From NCBI GenBank assembly GCA_964413135.1, contig CAYPSD010000001.1, forward strand, positions 19,102 to 69,575: a stretch of 50,474 nt of DNA. The letters run 5' to 3'. The notes under the pieces are model-generated. The model did no database searches. It saw only the letters and a list, made by a program, of their open reading frames with translations, and was not told the DNA's origin. Origin of the DNA: an uncultured bacterium (GTDB lineage Bacteria; Deinococcota; Deinococci; Deinococcales; Deinococcaceae). The position numbers and the translations under genes were made by a program. Positions 10,646-21,904 of this stretch are shown here, piece by piece (the stretch's first letter is position 1; each line of letters begins with the position of its first letter).

Positions 10646-11641
10646 ATGAATGAAACGTTCCCCCGAAAAGCGAATCTTCCCAAACTCAGTTCCAGGGGCG
10701 ACGGCGTCTTTCGCACCGTGATCATCGGCCTGTCGCTGATCATCGCCCTGACCTTCGTGCTGAGCATCGTGCTGCTGGGCCAGCAGTCGTGGCCCGCCAT
10801 TCAGAAGTTCGGGCTGGGCTTTCTGACCACCAACGTCTGGAATCCGGTGACCAGCGAGTACGGAGCACTCAGCCTGGTCATGGGCACGCTGCTGACCAGC
10901 TTTCTGGCGCTCTTGATCAGCGTGCCGCTGGCGATCGCCTCGGCACTGTTCGTGGCCGAATACGCGCCCAAATGGCTGGCGAATCCGGTGGGCTACCTGG
11001 TCGAGCTGCTGGCCGCCGTGCCGAGCGTGGTGTACGGGTTGTGGGCGCTCTTTGCGCTCAAGCCGCTGTTTCAGCAGGTGCAACTGTGGCTGTATACCAG
11101 CAATCCCGATCTGACCGGCCACTGCATCGAGCTGTTCAACGCGGGCAAAACGTCGCTGCCGTGCTTCTTCATGCCGCAGGTTCCGACCGGCCTGGGCTTT
11201 CTTCTCGCCGTCACCATTCTCGCCATCATGATCTTGCCGTTCACCGCCTCGGTGGCCCGCGACGTGATCCGGCTGGTGCCTGCCGATCAGCGAGAAGCCA
11301 TGTACGCGCTCGGCGCGACCAAGTGGGAAGTCATCAGCCTGGCGATCTTGCCGTATGCCAGAGCGGGCATCATGGGCGGGGTCATTCTGGCGCTGGGCCG
11401 GGCGCTCGGCGAAACATTGGCGGTGGCGATGGTGATCGGCAACACCCCCGAGATCATCAAGAGCATCTGGTCGCCGACCGCGACGATGGCCTCGATGATC
11501 GCCAACCAGTTCGGCGACGCCCGCGAGGGGCTCCAGCGCGCCAGCGTGGTGGGCCTGGGCCTGACCCTCTTCTTCGTCAGCGTGTTCGTGAACCTGATCG
11601 CCCGCAGCATCATCTTGCGGATGACGCCGAAGGGGCTGTGA
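10646..11641 (+). CDS. pstC: Phosphate ABC transporter permease PstC
   Basis: '[14 protein letters not shown]', '[12 protein letters not shown]', '[10 protein letters not shown]' motifs; operon position. Confidence 0.96.
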   Translation: MNETFPRKANLPKLSSRGDGVFRTVIIGLSLIIALTFVLSIVLLGQQSWPAIQKFGLGFLTTNVWNPVTSEYGALSLVMGTLLTSFLALLISVPLAIASALFVAEYAPKWLANPVGYLVELLAAVPSVVYGLWALFALKPLFQQVQLWLYTSNPDLTGHCIELFNAGKTSLPCFFMPQVPTGLGFLLAVTILAIMILPFTASVARDVIRLVPADQREAMYALGATKWEVISLAILPYARAGIMGGVILALGRALGETLAVAMVIGNTPEIIKSIWSPTATMASMIANQFGDAREGLQRASVVGLGLTLFFVSVFVNLIARSIILRMTPKGL

Positions 11642-11698
11642 ACTCCACCATGAAAAAGCCTTTGACGCCTGCTGAACCTGCCCGAAGGAGTGCGTGAG

Positions 11699-12568
11699 AT
11701 GGCCGTGTCGCAACTGACCCCACACCTGACCAGAAGCGGCCTGAGCCGTGGCCGCAAATCCAAGAATGCCCTGATGGGCGTGATGATCGGCCTCGGCACG
11801 GCCCTGGTGGTGGCCCCGCTGATCCTGATTTTCGGTTTTCTGCTGATCAAGGGCGTCGGGGCGCTCAACCTCGACTTCTTTCTCAAGAATCCGGCTCCCG
11901 AGGGCGAGGCGGGCGGCGGCTGGGCCAACGCCATCACCGGCTCGCTGCTGATTCTGGTGATGGCCGCTGTGCTGGGCGTCGTGGTGGGCGTGGCGGGCGG
12001 CATCTTCCTGGCCGAGTTTCCGCGCCACCGCCTGATGCCCACCATCCGGATGCTCAGCGACGTCCTCAGCGGCATTCCCGCCATCGTGATGGGTCTGGTG
12101 GTCTACGCGCTGGTGGTCAAACCGATGGGGCACTTCAGCGCCCTGGCCGGCGGCATCGCGCTGGGCCTCCTCATGGTGCCGATTGTCGTGCGGACCACCG
12201 AGGAAGTGCTCAAGCTGGTGCCGCTCTCGGTGCGCGAGGCGGGGCTGGCACTCGGCCTGCCGCAGTGGAAAGTGATTCTGAGCATCGTGCTGCCTGCGGC
12301 CAGCGGCGGCATCATCACCGGGCTGATGCTGGCCCTGGCCCGCGTGGCCGGAGAAGCCGCGCCGCTGCTGTTCACCGCCTTCGGCAGCAATCTGGTCAAT
12401 TTCGACCCGCTCCAGCCCACCAGCGCCCTGCCGCTGCAAATCTACATCGGGGCCACCAGCGCCTACGACGAAAACCAGCGGCTGGCCCAGGCCGGAGCGC
12501 TGCTGCTGATCACCCTCATCTTCGTGACCTCGCTGCTGGCGCGCTTTGCCAACAGACCGCGTCACTGA
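11699..12568 (+). CDS. pstA: Phosphate ABC transporter permease PstA
   Basis: AAGGAG RBS 8 nt before ATG 11699; 'REAGLALG', '[13 protein letters not shown]' motifs. Confidence 0.96.
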   Translation: MAVSQLTPHLTRSGLSRGRKSKNALMGVMIGLGTALVVAPLILIFGFLLIKGVGALNLDFFLKNPAPEGEAGGGWANAITGSLLILVMAAVLGVVVGVAGGIFLAEFPRHRLMPTIRMLSDVLSGIPAIVMGLVVYALVVKPMGHFSALAGGIALGLLMVPIVVRTTEEVLKLVPLSVREAGLALGLPQWKVILSIVLPAASGGIITGLMLALARVAGEAAPLLFTAFGSNLVNFDPLQPTSALPLQIYIGATSAYDENQRLAQAGALLLITLIFVTSLLARFANRPRH

Positions 12569-12584
12569 CCTCCAAAGGAATCCC

Positions 12585-13343
<759 letters not shown>

Positions 13344-13491
13344 ACTGGGTGTCGGCCCGGCAGCACGGCACTGGAGCGCGACACCAGAGCGGAGCCGCTG
13401 TGCCCGCTCTTTTGCTGGCTCCAGCTTTTTTGCCTCTCCCCTTCCCGCGTCCATGACATCCCGCTTACCCAGGCAAGGCAGACTGATTTCC

Positions 13492-14139
13492 ATGACCCCC
13501 AGCTCCCACACCCCCACCCGGGCGCAGCTCACTGCCCGTTTCCTGCGGATGCTCAGCATCACGCTCGAGCAGATGTCACTCTTGCAGGGCGCAGTGAGTC
13601 GGGGCGCGTTCGCGGGCCTGGCGAGCCGCACCGCCGAACTGGAGCGCGAGACCGATGTGCTGGAAGCCGAACTCGAAGACCTGTGCCTCAGCGCCCTGGC
13701 CCGGCCCCTGAGCGACACCGAGCTGCACTTTTACGTGATGGTGTTTCGCAGCCTGGCCGACTTGGAGCGGGTCGGCGACTACGGGCGGCAGGTCGGGCGC
13801 GATCTGGAAGCGCTCGAACCGCTGGCCCAGACGGCGGCGCTGCAAGACGTGTTGCCGATGGCCCGCTTACTCAGCAGCATGCTGGAGCGGCTGGCCTACG
13901 CCTTCGCCGAGCGCGACCTGACCGGGGTCAGAGACGTGATGCGGCTCGACTCCGAGCAGGTGGACGCCCTCTACGAACAGCTTCAGCGCGCCTCACTCAC
14001 CCGCATTCTGGAAAACCCGGAAGACATCGGCGCGGCGCTGACCGCCACCCGCATGGCCCGCAGCCTGGAGCGGCTGGGCGACCATGTGGTCAACGTGGCC
14101 GAGCGGCTGGAAGCCAACATGTTGCAGGCCGGGGACTGA
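13492..14139 (+). CDS. phoU: Phosphate signalling complex protein PhoU
   Basis: Duplicated motifs 'DLERVGDY' and 'SLERLGDHVVNVAE'; directly follows pstB. Start chosen from promoter geometry (alternative 13453). Confidence 0.9.
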   Translation: MTPSSHTPTRAQLTARFLRMLSITLEQMSLLQGAVSRGAFAGLASRTAELERETDVLEAELEDLCLSALARPLSDTELHFYVMVFRSLADLERVGDYGRQVGRDLEALEPLAQTAALQDVLPMARLLSSMLERLAYAFAERDLTGVRDVMRLDSEQVDALYEQLQRASLTRILENPEDIGAALTATRMARSLERLGDHVVNVAERLEANMLQAGD

Positions 14140-14178
14140 ACCGAACGCGGTCGCCCTGGCCTGCGCCTGAATTGATTT

Positions 14179-15426
14179 TTATTCGGTCCAGCGCTTGAAC
14201 ACCAGCACCGCGTTCTGGCCGCCGAAGGCAAACGAGTTGCTCATGGCGTAGTCCACCTGCTGCTGTCTGGCTCCGTCAGGAATGAAATCGAGGTCGAGTT
14301 CGGGGTCGGGGTCATCCGCCAGGTTGATGGTGGGCGGCAGGATGCCCTCGTGCAGCGCCTGGGCCACCGCGATCGCTTCCATCGCGCCCGCTGCGCCCAG
14401 GAGGTGCCCGGTCATGGACTTGGTGCTGCTGATCGCCAGCTTGTAGGCGTGGTCGCCGTAGATGCTCTTGATCGCCAGCGTCTCGTTGAGGTCGTTGGCC
14501 GGGGTGGACGTGCCGTGCGCGTTGATGTAGCCGACCTGCTCGGGGTTCACGCCGCCCGACTTGAGCGCCTGACGCATGGCAACCTGCGCGCCCCGGCCTT
14601 CCGGCGCGGGCATGGTGATGTGGTAGGCGTCGGCGGAGGTGCCGTAGCCGACCACCTCGGCGTAGATCGTCGCGCCGCGCTTCTTGGCGTGCTCCAGTTC
14701 TTCGAGCACCACCACCGCGCCGCCCTCGCCCAGCACGAAGCCGTCGCGTGAAGCGGCAAACGGGCGGCTGGCGCGTTCGGGGTCGGCATTGTGCGAGGCG
14801 GTCAGGGCGTGCATGTTACCGAACCCCCCGATGCTCAGGCCAGTGATGGCCGCTTCCGCGCCGCCCGCCAGCATCACGTCGGCCAATCCCAGCTGGATGA
14901 TGCGCGAGGCGTCGCCGATGGCCCCCGAGCCGGTGGCGCAGGCGGTGACCACCGTGCTGCTCGGCCCGGTGGCCCCGAAGCGCATGGCGACGTGCCCGGT
15001 GGCCATGTTGGCGATCATCATCGGAATGAACAGCGGGCTGATGCGCGAGGGACCGCGCTCCACCATCAGCTTGGCCTGGTCCTCGAAGGTCTTCATGCCG
15101 CCGATGCCGCTGCCGACCAGGGTGCCGGTGCGCTCGCCCGCCAGATCTTCCTTGCTGATGCCGCTGTCCTTCACGGCCAGCTCGGCGGCGGCCAGGGCCA
15201 GCTGCACATAGCGGTCGAGCTTCTTGGCCTCGCGCGCCTCGATGTAAGGGCTGAGGTCGTCGTGAACTTCCCCGGCGATCTGTGCCCGCAGGGTGCTGGC
15301 GTCGAAATGGGTGATCGGACCGACGCCGCTCTTGCCCGCCCGCTGCGCCTCGGCGAAGGTGCTGGCCCCCAGGCCGATCGGGCTGACCGGCCCCAGTCCG
15401 GTGATGACCACTCGTTTGATGTCCAT
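14179..15426 (-). CDS. fabF: 3-oxoacyl-ACP synthase II
   Basis: 'RVVITGLG', catalytic 'TACATG', 'NAHGTST', 'KSMTGHLLGAAG', 'NSFAFGGQN'; GGAGGA RBS. Confidence 0.96.
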   Translation of the reverse strand: MDIKRVVITGLGPVSPIGLGASTFAEAQRAGKSGVGPITHFDASTLRAQIAGEVHDDLSPYIEAREAKKLDRYVQLALAAAELAVKDSGISKEDLAGERTGTLVGSGIGGMKTFEDQAKLMVERGPSRISPLFIPMMIANMATGHVAMRFGATGPSSTVVTACATGSGAIGDASRIIQLGLADVMLAGGAEAAITGLSIGGFGNMHALTASHNADPERASRPFAASRDGFVLGEGGAVVVLEELEHAKKRGATIYAEVVGYGTSADAYHITMPAPEGRGAQVAMRQALKSGGVNPEQVGYINAHGTSTPANDLNETLAIKSIYGDHAYKLAISSTKSMTGHLLGAAGAMEAIAVAQALHEGILPPTINLADDPDPELDLDFIPDGARQQQVDYAMSNSFAFGGQNAVLVFKRWTE

Positions 15427-15518
15427 CGTTGTGTCCTCCAGCCTCGCGGCCTGGGCCTTCATGGTCAGGGGCGAACACGGCTTTTCCGCATCCGCCCCCA
15501 GCCCGACCTTGCGCGGCC

Positions 15519-15749
15519 TTACTGCTGGCTGCTGATGTAGTCCACGGCAGCTTGCACCGTGCGGATGTTCTCGGCGGCCTCGTCACTGATGGTCACGCCG
15601 AACTGGTCTTCCAGACCCATGATCAGCTCGACGGTCTCCAGGCTGTCCGCGCCGAGGTCTTCGACGAAGCGGGCCTCGGGCGTCACCTTGTCGGCCTCGA
15701 CACCGAGCTTGTCCACGATCACATTCTTGACTTGTTCGTAAGTATCCAT
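15519..15749 (-). CDS. acpP: Acyl carrier protein
   Basis: 76 aa, acidic; phosphopantetheine site '[12 protein letters not shown]'; AGGAGG RBS. Confidence 0.97.
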   Translation of the reverse strand: MDTYEQVKNVIVDKLGVEADKVTPEARFVEDLGADSLETVELIMGLEDQFGVTISDEAAENIRTVQAAVDYISSQQ

Positions 15750-16113
15750 AGTGGTTCCTCCTGAGCAGTGATGTGCTTTGGCTTGCGACAGTCTACACGG
15801 GCCGGGCAACCGGAGGAAGCTGCAGGGACCGAGTCCAATACGAACTCCGATTTCATCGTCGGTCGCGAAACGGTCAAACCCGACCAGTGGCCCGCCCGCC
15901 GTCGTAGGCAGCAGCTGTCGAGGGCGACTCCTTTCCATGAGGACGCCACTTCTCCCCTACGGGTGGCGCTTTACCCAAGGCAGCGGGCGGAGGAGAGCTG
16001 CGGGTTTTTCGGTCTGGAGCTGTCTTCGGAATTGAGCGCAACCTGTATCGACCACAGGCGAAGGCCCCTGACCTCCTTCACAAATTCGCCGGGGCAGCTG
16101 TAAACTGTGGGCA

Positions 16114-16971
16114 ATGACACAAATCTTTCCGCTGCGGACCAACCGCCGACCACCGACCGGTTCTCTGGCCCTGGCCGGACTGCTCGGCAGCTTGCTGCTG
16201 CTGAACGGCTGCGGCAGTTCCGGCACGGCCAGCGGCCCCGCACCCATCACGCGGGCCGCCTGCCTTCAGAACGCGGGCGGCAGCGCCGTGACTTTCGTGG
16301 CCGACGACGGCTACCAGAACGACTGGGACAGCATCCGGCCCATCTTCAAGGAAGCGGGCGTGCCGTTCGTCTCGGCGGTCATCACCGGGTCGATCGGTCA
16401 ACCCGGCCACACCACCTTGGACGAGATCAAGCAGTTTCAGGCCGAGGGAGACGAGATCGTCAGCCACACCGTGACCCACCCCGACCTCAACACGCTCGGC
16501 GACGCGGCCCTCACCAGCGAGCTCAGGGACAGCCAAGCAGCGCTCGAAGCGGCGGGGCTGACCGCCAAAGAAATCGTCTATCCGATGGGCGACGACTCGG
16601 CGCGGGTCGAACAGGTGGCCCGCCAGTACTACCAGCTCGGCGTCGGTGTCGGCAACGGCCTCAACGATCCCGCTGCCCTCGACCTCTTCCAGCTTCACCG
16701 GGTGGCGATCGGGAGTTACTACGACGTGATTCCCAGCACACCGCCGCACGCGCCGACCAACACGCTGGCCTACTACGAAGGGCGGGTCGACGAGGCGATC
16801 CGGACAAACCAGTGGCTGATCTACATGGTTCACTCGGTCGGCCCCGGCTTCGACGCCGGGCAGCTCAGCGCTTTGAAGGCCACCGTGCAGTACGCGGCGG
16901 CGCAGCACACCACCGTGACCACGCTCAGTGGCGGCTACGAGATCGCCAAGAAGCTGGCGGCCTGCCACTAA
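16114..16971 (+). CDS. Polysaccharide deacetylase family lipoprotein (NodB/CE4-like)
   Basis: Lipobox LLNGC; 'TFVADDG', 'SHTVTHPDL' and 'YPMG' motifs; TAAACT 7 nt before the ATG. Confidence 0.8.
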   Translation: MTQIFPLRTNRRPPTGSLALAGLLGSLLLLNGCGSSGTASGPAPITRAACLQNAGGSAVTFVADDGYQNDWDSIRPIFKEAGVPFVSAVITGSIGQPGHTTLDEIKQFQAEGDEIVSHTVTHPDLNTLGDAALTSELRDSQAALEAAGLTAKEIVYPMGDDSARVEQVARQYYQLGVGVGNGLNDPAALDLFQLHRVAIGSYYDVIPSTPPHAPTNTLAYYEGRVDEAIRTNQWLIYMVHSVGPGFDAGQLSALKATVQYAAAQHTTVTTLSGGYEIAKKLAACH

Positions 16972-16984
16972 GCCCAGAACACCT

Positions 16985-17740
16985 TCAGTGCGGGTACAGC
17001 CCGCCGTCCACGCCGATGACCTGGCCGGTGATATAGCCTGCCGCGTCGGAAGCGAGGAAGCCCACCAGCGCGGCCACATCTTCCGGCTGCCCCAGGCGGC
17101 CCAGCGGAATGGCGGCCACGTATCCGGCCTTCTGCGTCTCGCTGAGGGCGTCGGTCATATCGGAGGCGATGAAACCGGGGGCCAGCGCGTTCACGGTGAT
17201 GTTGCGGCCCCCGTACTCCTTGGCGAGCGCCTTGGTCAGCCCGATCAGGCCCGCCTTGCTGGCGACGTAATTGGCCTGGCCGGGGTTGCCCATCAGCCCC
17301 ACCACGCTCGACACGTTGATGATGCGCCCGCTTCTCGCGCGCATCATGATCTTGATGGCGGCCCGGCAGGCGGCGAAGGCGCTCGACAGGTTGGTCTGAA
17401 TGACGGCGTCCCAGTCCTCGTCTTTCATGCGAATGGCCAGGCCGTCGCGGGTGATCCCGGCGTTGTTGACCAGCACATGCAGCCCGCCCATCTGCGCCGC
17501 CACGTCTTCGACCAGTTTGCCCGCGTTGACAGGGACCGAGAGGTCAGCCATGAACGTCTGGGCGACGCCGCCCAAAGCGCGAATCTGATTGGCGAGGGCC
17601 TCGGCTTCCTGGCTGCTGCGGCCGTAGTGGACGGCCACCGCGAAGCCGTCCTCGGCCAGCTTGAGGGCCATCGCCCGGCCCAGGCCCCGCCCGGCTCCGG
17701 TGACGAGGGCGACGCGTTGTGGGGAAGGTTGATCGGTCAT
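16985..17740 (-). CDS. fabG: 3-oxoacyl-ACP reductase
   Basis: TGAGRGLG, NNAGITRD, catalytic YVASK, 'GQVIGVDGG'. Confidence 0.96.
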   Translation of the reverse strand: MTDQPSPQRVALVTGAGRGLGRAMALKLAEDGFAVAVHYGRSSQEAEALANQIRALGGVAQTFMADLSVPVNAGKLVEDVAAQMGGLHVLVNNAGITRDGLAIRMKDEDWDAVIQTNLSSAFAACRAAIKIMMRARSGRIINVSSVVGLMGNPGQANYVASKAGLIGLTKALAKEYGGRNITVNALAPGFIASDMTDALSETQKAGYVAAIPLGRLGQPEDVAALVGFLASDAAGYITGQVIGVDGGLYPH

Positions 17741-18207
17741 GGGGCCTCTTTGGTGAGCTTGAATGAAGTGGGGGCGTCTGGAAAAAAGCATTGCCAGGCC
17801 CAGGGAAGAGGAATCTCGTCGCTGCCGTAAGCAAAACACGTCAACTTCAAATCGGCCATGCCTGGGCGCTGCAAACTCAGAGTTGCACCTTCTGGAATGG
17901 GTGAGGTCTGCGCTTTCAAGTAGCTGTGTATTGAGCCGCCTGTCACCGTACCCGCCACCGTCAGCGCCCCGCTGCCCAGGCTGCCGGTTCCCGACACCTG
18001 GTACTGGCGGGTCGTGTCGTAGGTGGCGGTCAGTTGCAGCTTCAAAACCTGATCGGCGGTGGTATTGCCGCTCCAGGCTCCGCGCAGCACGCTGGGATGG
18101 GTGGCGAAGGCGATAGGCACCGGCTTGAACCCGACCTCCCTGCTGCACGAGGTGGCCGCTCCAGCCACCACAACCGCCAGGACAAGTTTTTTCAGGGTGG
18201 CTGTCAT
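17737..18207 (-). CDS. Hypothetical lipoprotein inside the fab operon
   Basis: Signal peptide with lipobox (MTATLKKLVLAVVVAGAATSC); stop overlaps the fabG start (ATGA). Alternative GTG start at 18276 overlaps the fabD stop. Confidence 0.65.
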   Translation of the reverse strand: MTATLKKLVLAVVVAGAATSCSREVGFKPVPIAFATHPSVLRGAWSGNTTADQVLKLQLTATYDTTRQYQVSGTGSLGSGALTVAGTVTGGSIHSYLKAQTSPIPEGATLSLQRPGMADLKLTCFAYGSDEIPLPWAWQCFFPDAPTSFKLTKEAP

Positions 18208-18272
18208 GGTGGACGTATTGTCTCTGCTGACTGGCCGCACCGCAAGCTCAGGCGCAGCGCTCACCACTCGGC

Positions 18273-19174
18273 TCACAGCTCGAACGCCTGCACCTGCGCC
18301 AGCGTCCCCACGCTTATTACCCGCGCGTCGGGCAAAATCCGCTTGACCAGGCCGGTCAGGACCGTGCCGGGGCCGAATTCCACGAACACGTCCGCTTCCA
18401 TCTCGGCGAGTCGGCGAATGCTCTGCACCCAGCGCACGCTCCCGGTGATCTGGTCGATCAGCAAGTCCGGCACCTGCGCGGCCTCGCTGACCGCCTGGGC
18501 GTTCACGTTCGCCACCACCGGGAAATCCATCTGGCCCAGCTTGGCGGCCCGCAGATCGGGAGCCAGCGCCTCGGCGGCAGGCTGCATCAGGGCGCAGTGA
18601 AAGGGAGCGCTGACCTTGAGCGGAATGGCCTTGAGGCCGCGTGCCTTGAGCTGGGCGCTGGCCGCTTCGACTGCTCCCTTCTCGCCGGAGATGACGGTCT
18701 GGGTGGGCGCGTTGTAGTTGGCGGGCTGCACGCCTTCCAGCTCCGCGCAGACTTCCTCGACCACGCCCGGATCGCCCATGATGGCGGCCATTGCGCCGAC
18801 GCCGACCGGCACGGCTTCCTGCATCAGTTCGCCGCGCCTGCGGGTCAGCCGCAGGGCGTCTTCCAGCGTCAGGGTTCCGGCGGCGACGTGGGCGCTGTAC
18901 TCGCCCAGGCTGTGCCCCGCCGCCGCAAAGGGCGTCAGGCCCGTGTGCGCTCGCCAGGCCCGGTAAGCGGCGAGGCTGGCCGTCACCAGGGCGGGCTGCT
19001 GGTTGGCGGTCAGGGTCAGGGCGTCGAGCGGCCCGGTTTCGATCAGGGCAGACAGGCCCGGCAGCGTCGCCTCCCCCGCCCCGAAAACGGCACGGGCGGC
19101 GGGAAAGTCGGCCAGCAGGTCGGCGCTCATGCCGACAGCGTGCGATCCCTGGCCGGGGAAAAGGGCCGCGATCT

Positions 19175-19178
<4 letters not shown>
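18273..19178 (-). CDS. fabD: Malonyl-CoA:ACP transacylase
   Basis: 'LFPGQGSH', 'GHSLGEY', 'SAPFHC' motifs; ATGA overlap with fabH. Confidence 0.96.
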
Positions 19179-20224
<1,046 letters not shown>

Positions 20225-20251
20225 GGTGAATCCTCCGCCGCCCACCCTAGC

Positions 20252-20277
20252 ATTCTTTGAACAGCCGTTCAATGAAT
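20252..20277. promoter_or_regulatory. Palindromic operator candidate in the fabH promoter
   Basis: ATTC-T-TTGAAC-AGCC-GTTCAA-T-GAAT, abutting a minus-strand extended -10 (TG-c-TAGGGT, 20252-20244). Confidence 0.55.
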
Positions 20278-20348
20278 TGAGAATCTGGCGGTGGCGGGCG
20301 ACGACCCGCCCGCCGCTTGCGGTGGTTCACAGGTGCTCTAATCGGACC

Positions 20349-21281
20349 ATGACCTCCTTCCCGACCTGGCACGACTGCGACCCCGGCAGCGACGACGCCA
20401 TCACCCTGCTGACCCTGCTGGGTCGCCGCGACGTGGAGCTGCTGGGCGTCTCCACGACACACGGCAACGCGCCGCTGAGCGCCACCACCCACAACGCCCG
20501 CGCCCTGCTGACGCTGGCGGGCCGGGGCAAGGTGCCGGTGTATGCCGGAGCGCTCGGCCCGCTGGTGCGCGAGCCGGTGTACGCGCCGCAGATTCACGGC
20601 GTCGGCGGGCTGGGAAATGTGCCGCTGCCGGAGCCGACAGCGCCCGTTCGAGACGAACACGCCGCCCTGGCCCTGATCCGCCAGCTGTGCGCCCAGCCGG
20701 GCGAAATTACTTTGCTGGCGACCGGCCCGCTGACCAATCTGGCACTGGCCGAGCGGCTCAGGCCCGGCGTGCTGAAAGAAGCCCGGCAGATCATCGTGAT
20801 GGGCGGCAGCCTGGAGAGCGGCGCACCCAAACTCGGAAATACCACCCCCCACGCCGAGTTCAACGCCTACGCCGACCCGCACGCCTTCGATGTGGTGCTC
20901 AAGGCCGGGGCGAAACTCTCATTGCTCGGGCTGAACCTGACCCGGCAAGTGCAGGTGACGCGGGAGCGGGCCCGTCAACTCGCCGCAGTGGGCACCGCCA
21001 CGGCCCAGACCTGCGCCGCGCTGCTCGACGATTACCTCGACCGCATCGGCAAATTGGGTCAGACGGTGGGCGCGCTGCACGACCCCTGCACGGCGGCGCT
21101 GATGCTGGCTCCGGAGCTGTTCGAATGGGAAGCGGCCCACGTGGACATCCTGACCGACAGCGGCGAACAGTTCGGCGAAACGCGGCGCGGCGACGGCGAG
21201 CCGAATGTGCAACTGGTCACGCGGGCCGACGAGGAGGGCATTTACGCCCTGATCGCGGCGGCGCTGGAGCGTCAGGTGTGA
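20349..21281 (+). CDS. Inosine/uridine-preferring nucleoside hydrolase
   Basis: N-terminal 'DCDPGSDDA' (DxDxGxDD), 'GPLTNLA', 'AEFNAYADPHA', 'LHDP'. Confidence 0.92.
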   Translation: MTSFPTWHDCDPGSDDAITLLTLLGRRDVELLGVSTTHGNAPLSATTHNARALLTLAGRGKVPVYAGALGPLVREPVYAPQIHGVGGLGNVPLPEPTAPVRDEHAALALIRQLCAQPGEITLLATGPLTNLALAERLRPGVLKEARQIIVMGGSLESGAPKLGNTTPHAEFNAYADPHAFDVVLKAGAKLSLLGLNLTRQVQVTRERARQLAAVGTATAQTCAALLDDYLDRIGKLGQTVGALHDPCTAALMLAPELFEWEAAHVDILTDSGEQFGETRRGDGEPNVQLVTRADEEGIYALIAAALERQV

Positions 21282-21853
21282 ACACGGCAGCGGTGCGGGC
21301 CTTCTGCACGCCGTTTTACTCGGAACCGCAGCGGGCTTACCACACCCTGCACCATGTCGAGAGCATGCTGGCGGCCCTGGTATCACGCACGGCCCTGCCG
21401 CTGCCGTTGTCACTGGAGCTGGCCATCTGGGGCCACGACCTGATCTACGACCCGGCCCGCCACGACAACGAGGCCCGCAGCGCGGAAGTCTTCGGGGATT
21501 GGCTCACGGCGCAGGGTGCCTCTGATGAGCTTCGGCAGGACGTCGAGGCGCTGATTCTGGCGACCCGGCACGACGCGCCGCCCAGCACACCCGCCGCCGC
21601 GCTGATCGTGGACGCCGATCTGGCGGTGTTCGGCGCTTCCGACGCCGACTTCTGGGCCTACGAGCGGGCCATCCGGCAGGAATACGCGTTCGTGCCCTGG
21701 CCCGTTTACCGCAGTGGGCGGCAGGCCGTCTTGCAGCACTTTCTGAGCCGGGAGCGGATTTACAGCACGTCAGCCTTCGCCGGGCTGGAATCGGCAGCGC
21801 GGGCACACCTGCACGCTGCCGCCCGGAAGCTGGCCGACCCGCCGGAGGAATGA
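21278..21853 (+). CDS. HD-superfamily predicted metal-dependent phosphohydrolase
   Basis: GTG start overlapping the upstream stop; 'RAYHTLHH', 'WGHDLIYD', 'NEARSA', 'DADLAVFG', 'IRQEYAFVP' motifs. Confidence 0.8.
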   Translation: MNTAAVRAFCTPFYSEPQRAYHTLHHVESMLAALVSRTALPLPLSLELAIWGHDLIYDPARHDNEARSAEVFGDWLTAQGASDELRQDVEALILATRHDAPPSTPAAALIVDADLAVFGASDADFWAYERAIRQEYAFVPWPVYRSGRQAVLQHFLSRERIYSTSAFAGLESAARAHLHAAARKLADPPEE

Positions 21854-21904
21854 GGACGCCGCCGTTCCCAGTCAGGAAACGGCGGCTCCAGAATCAAACG
21901 GTGC

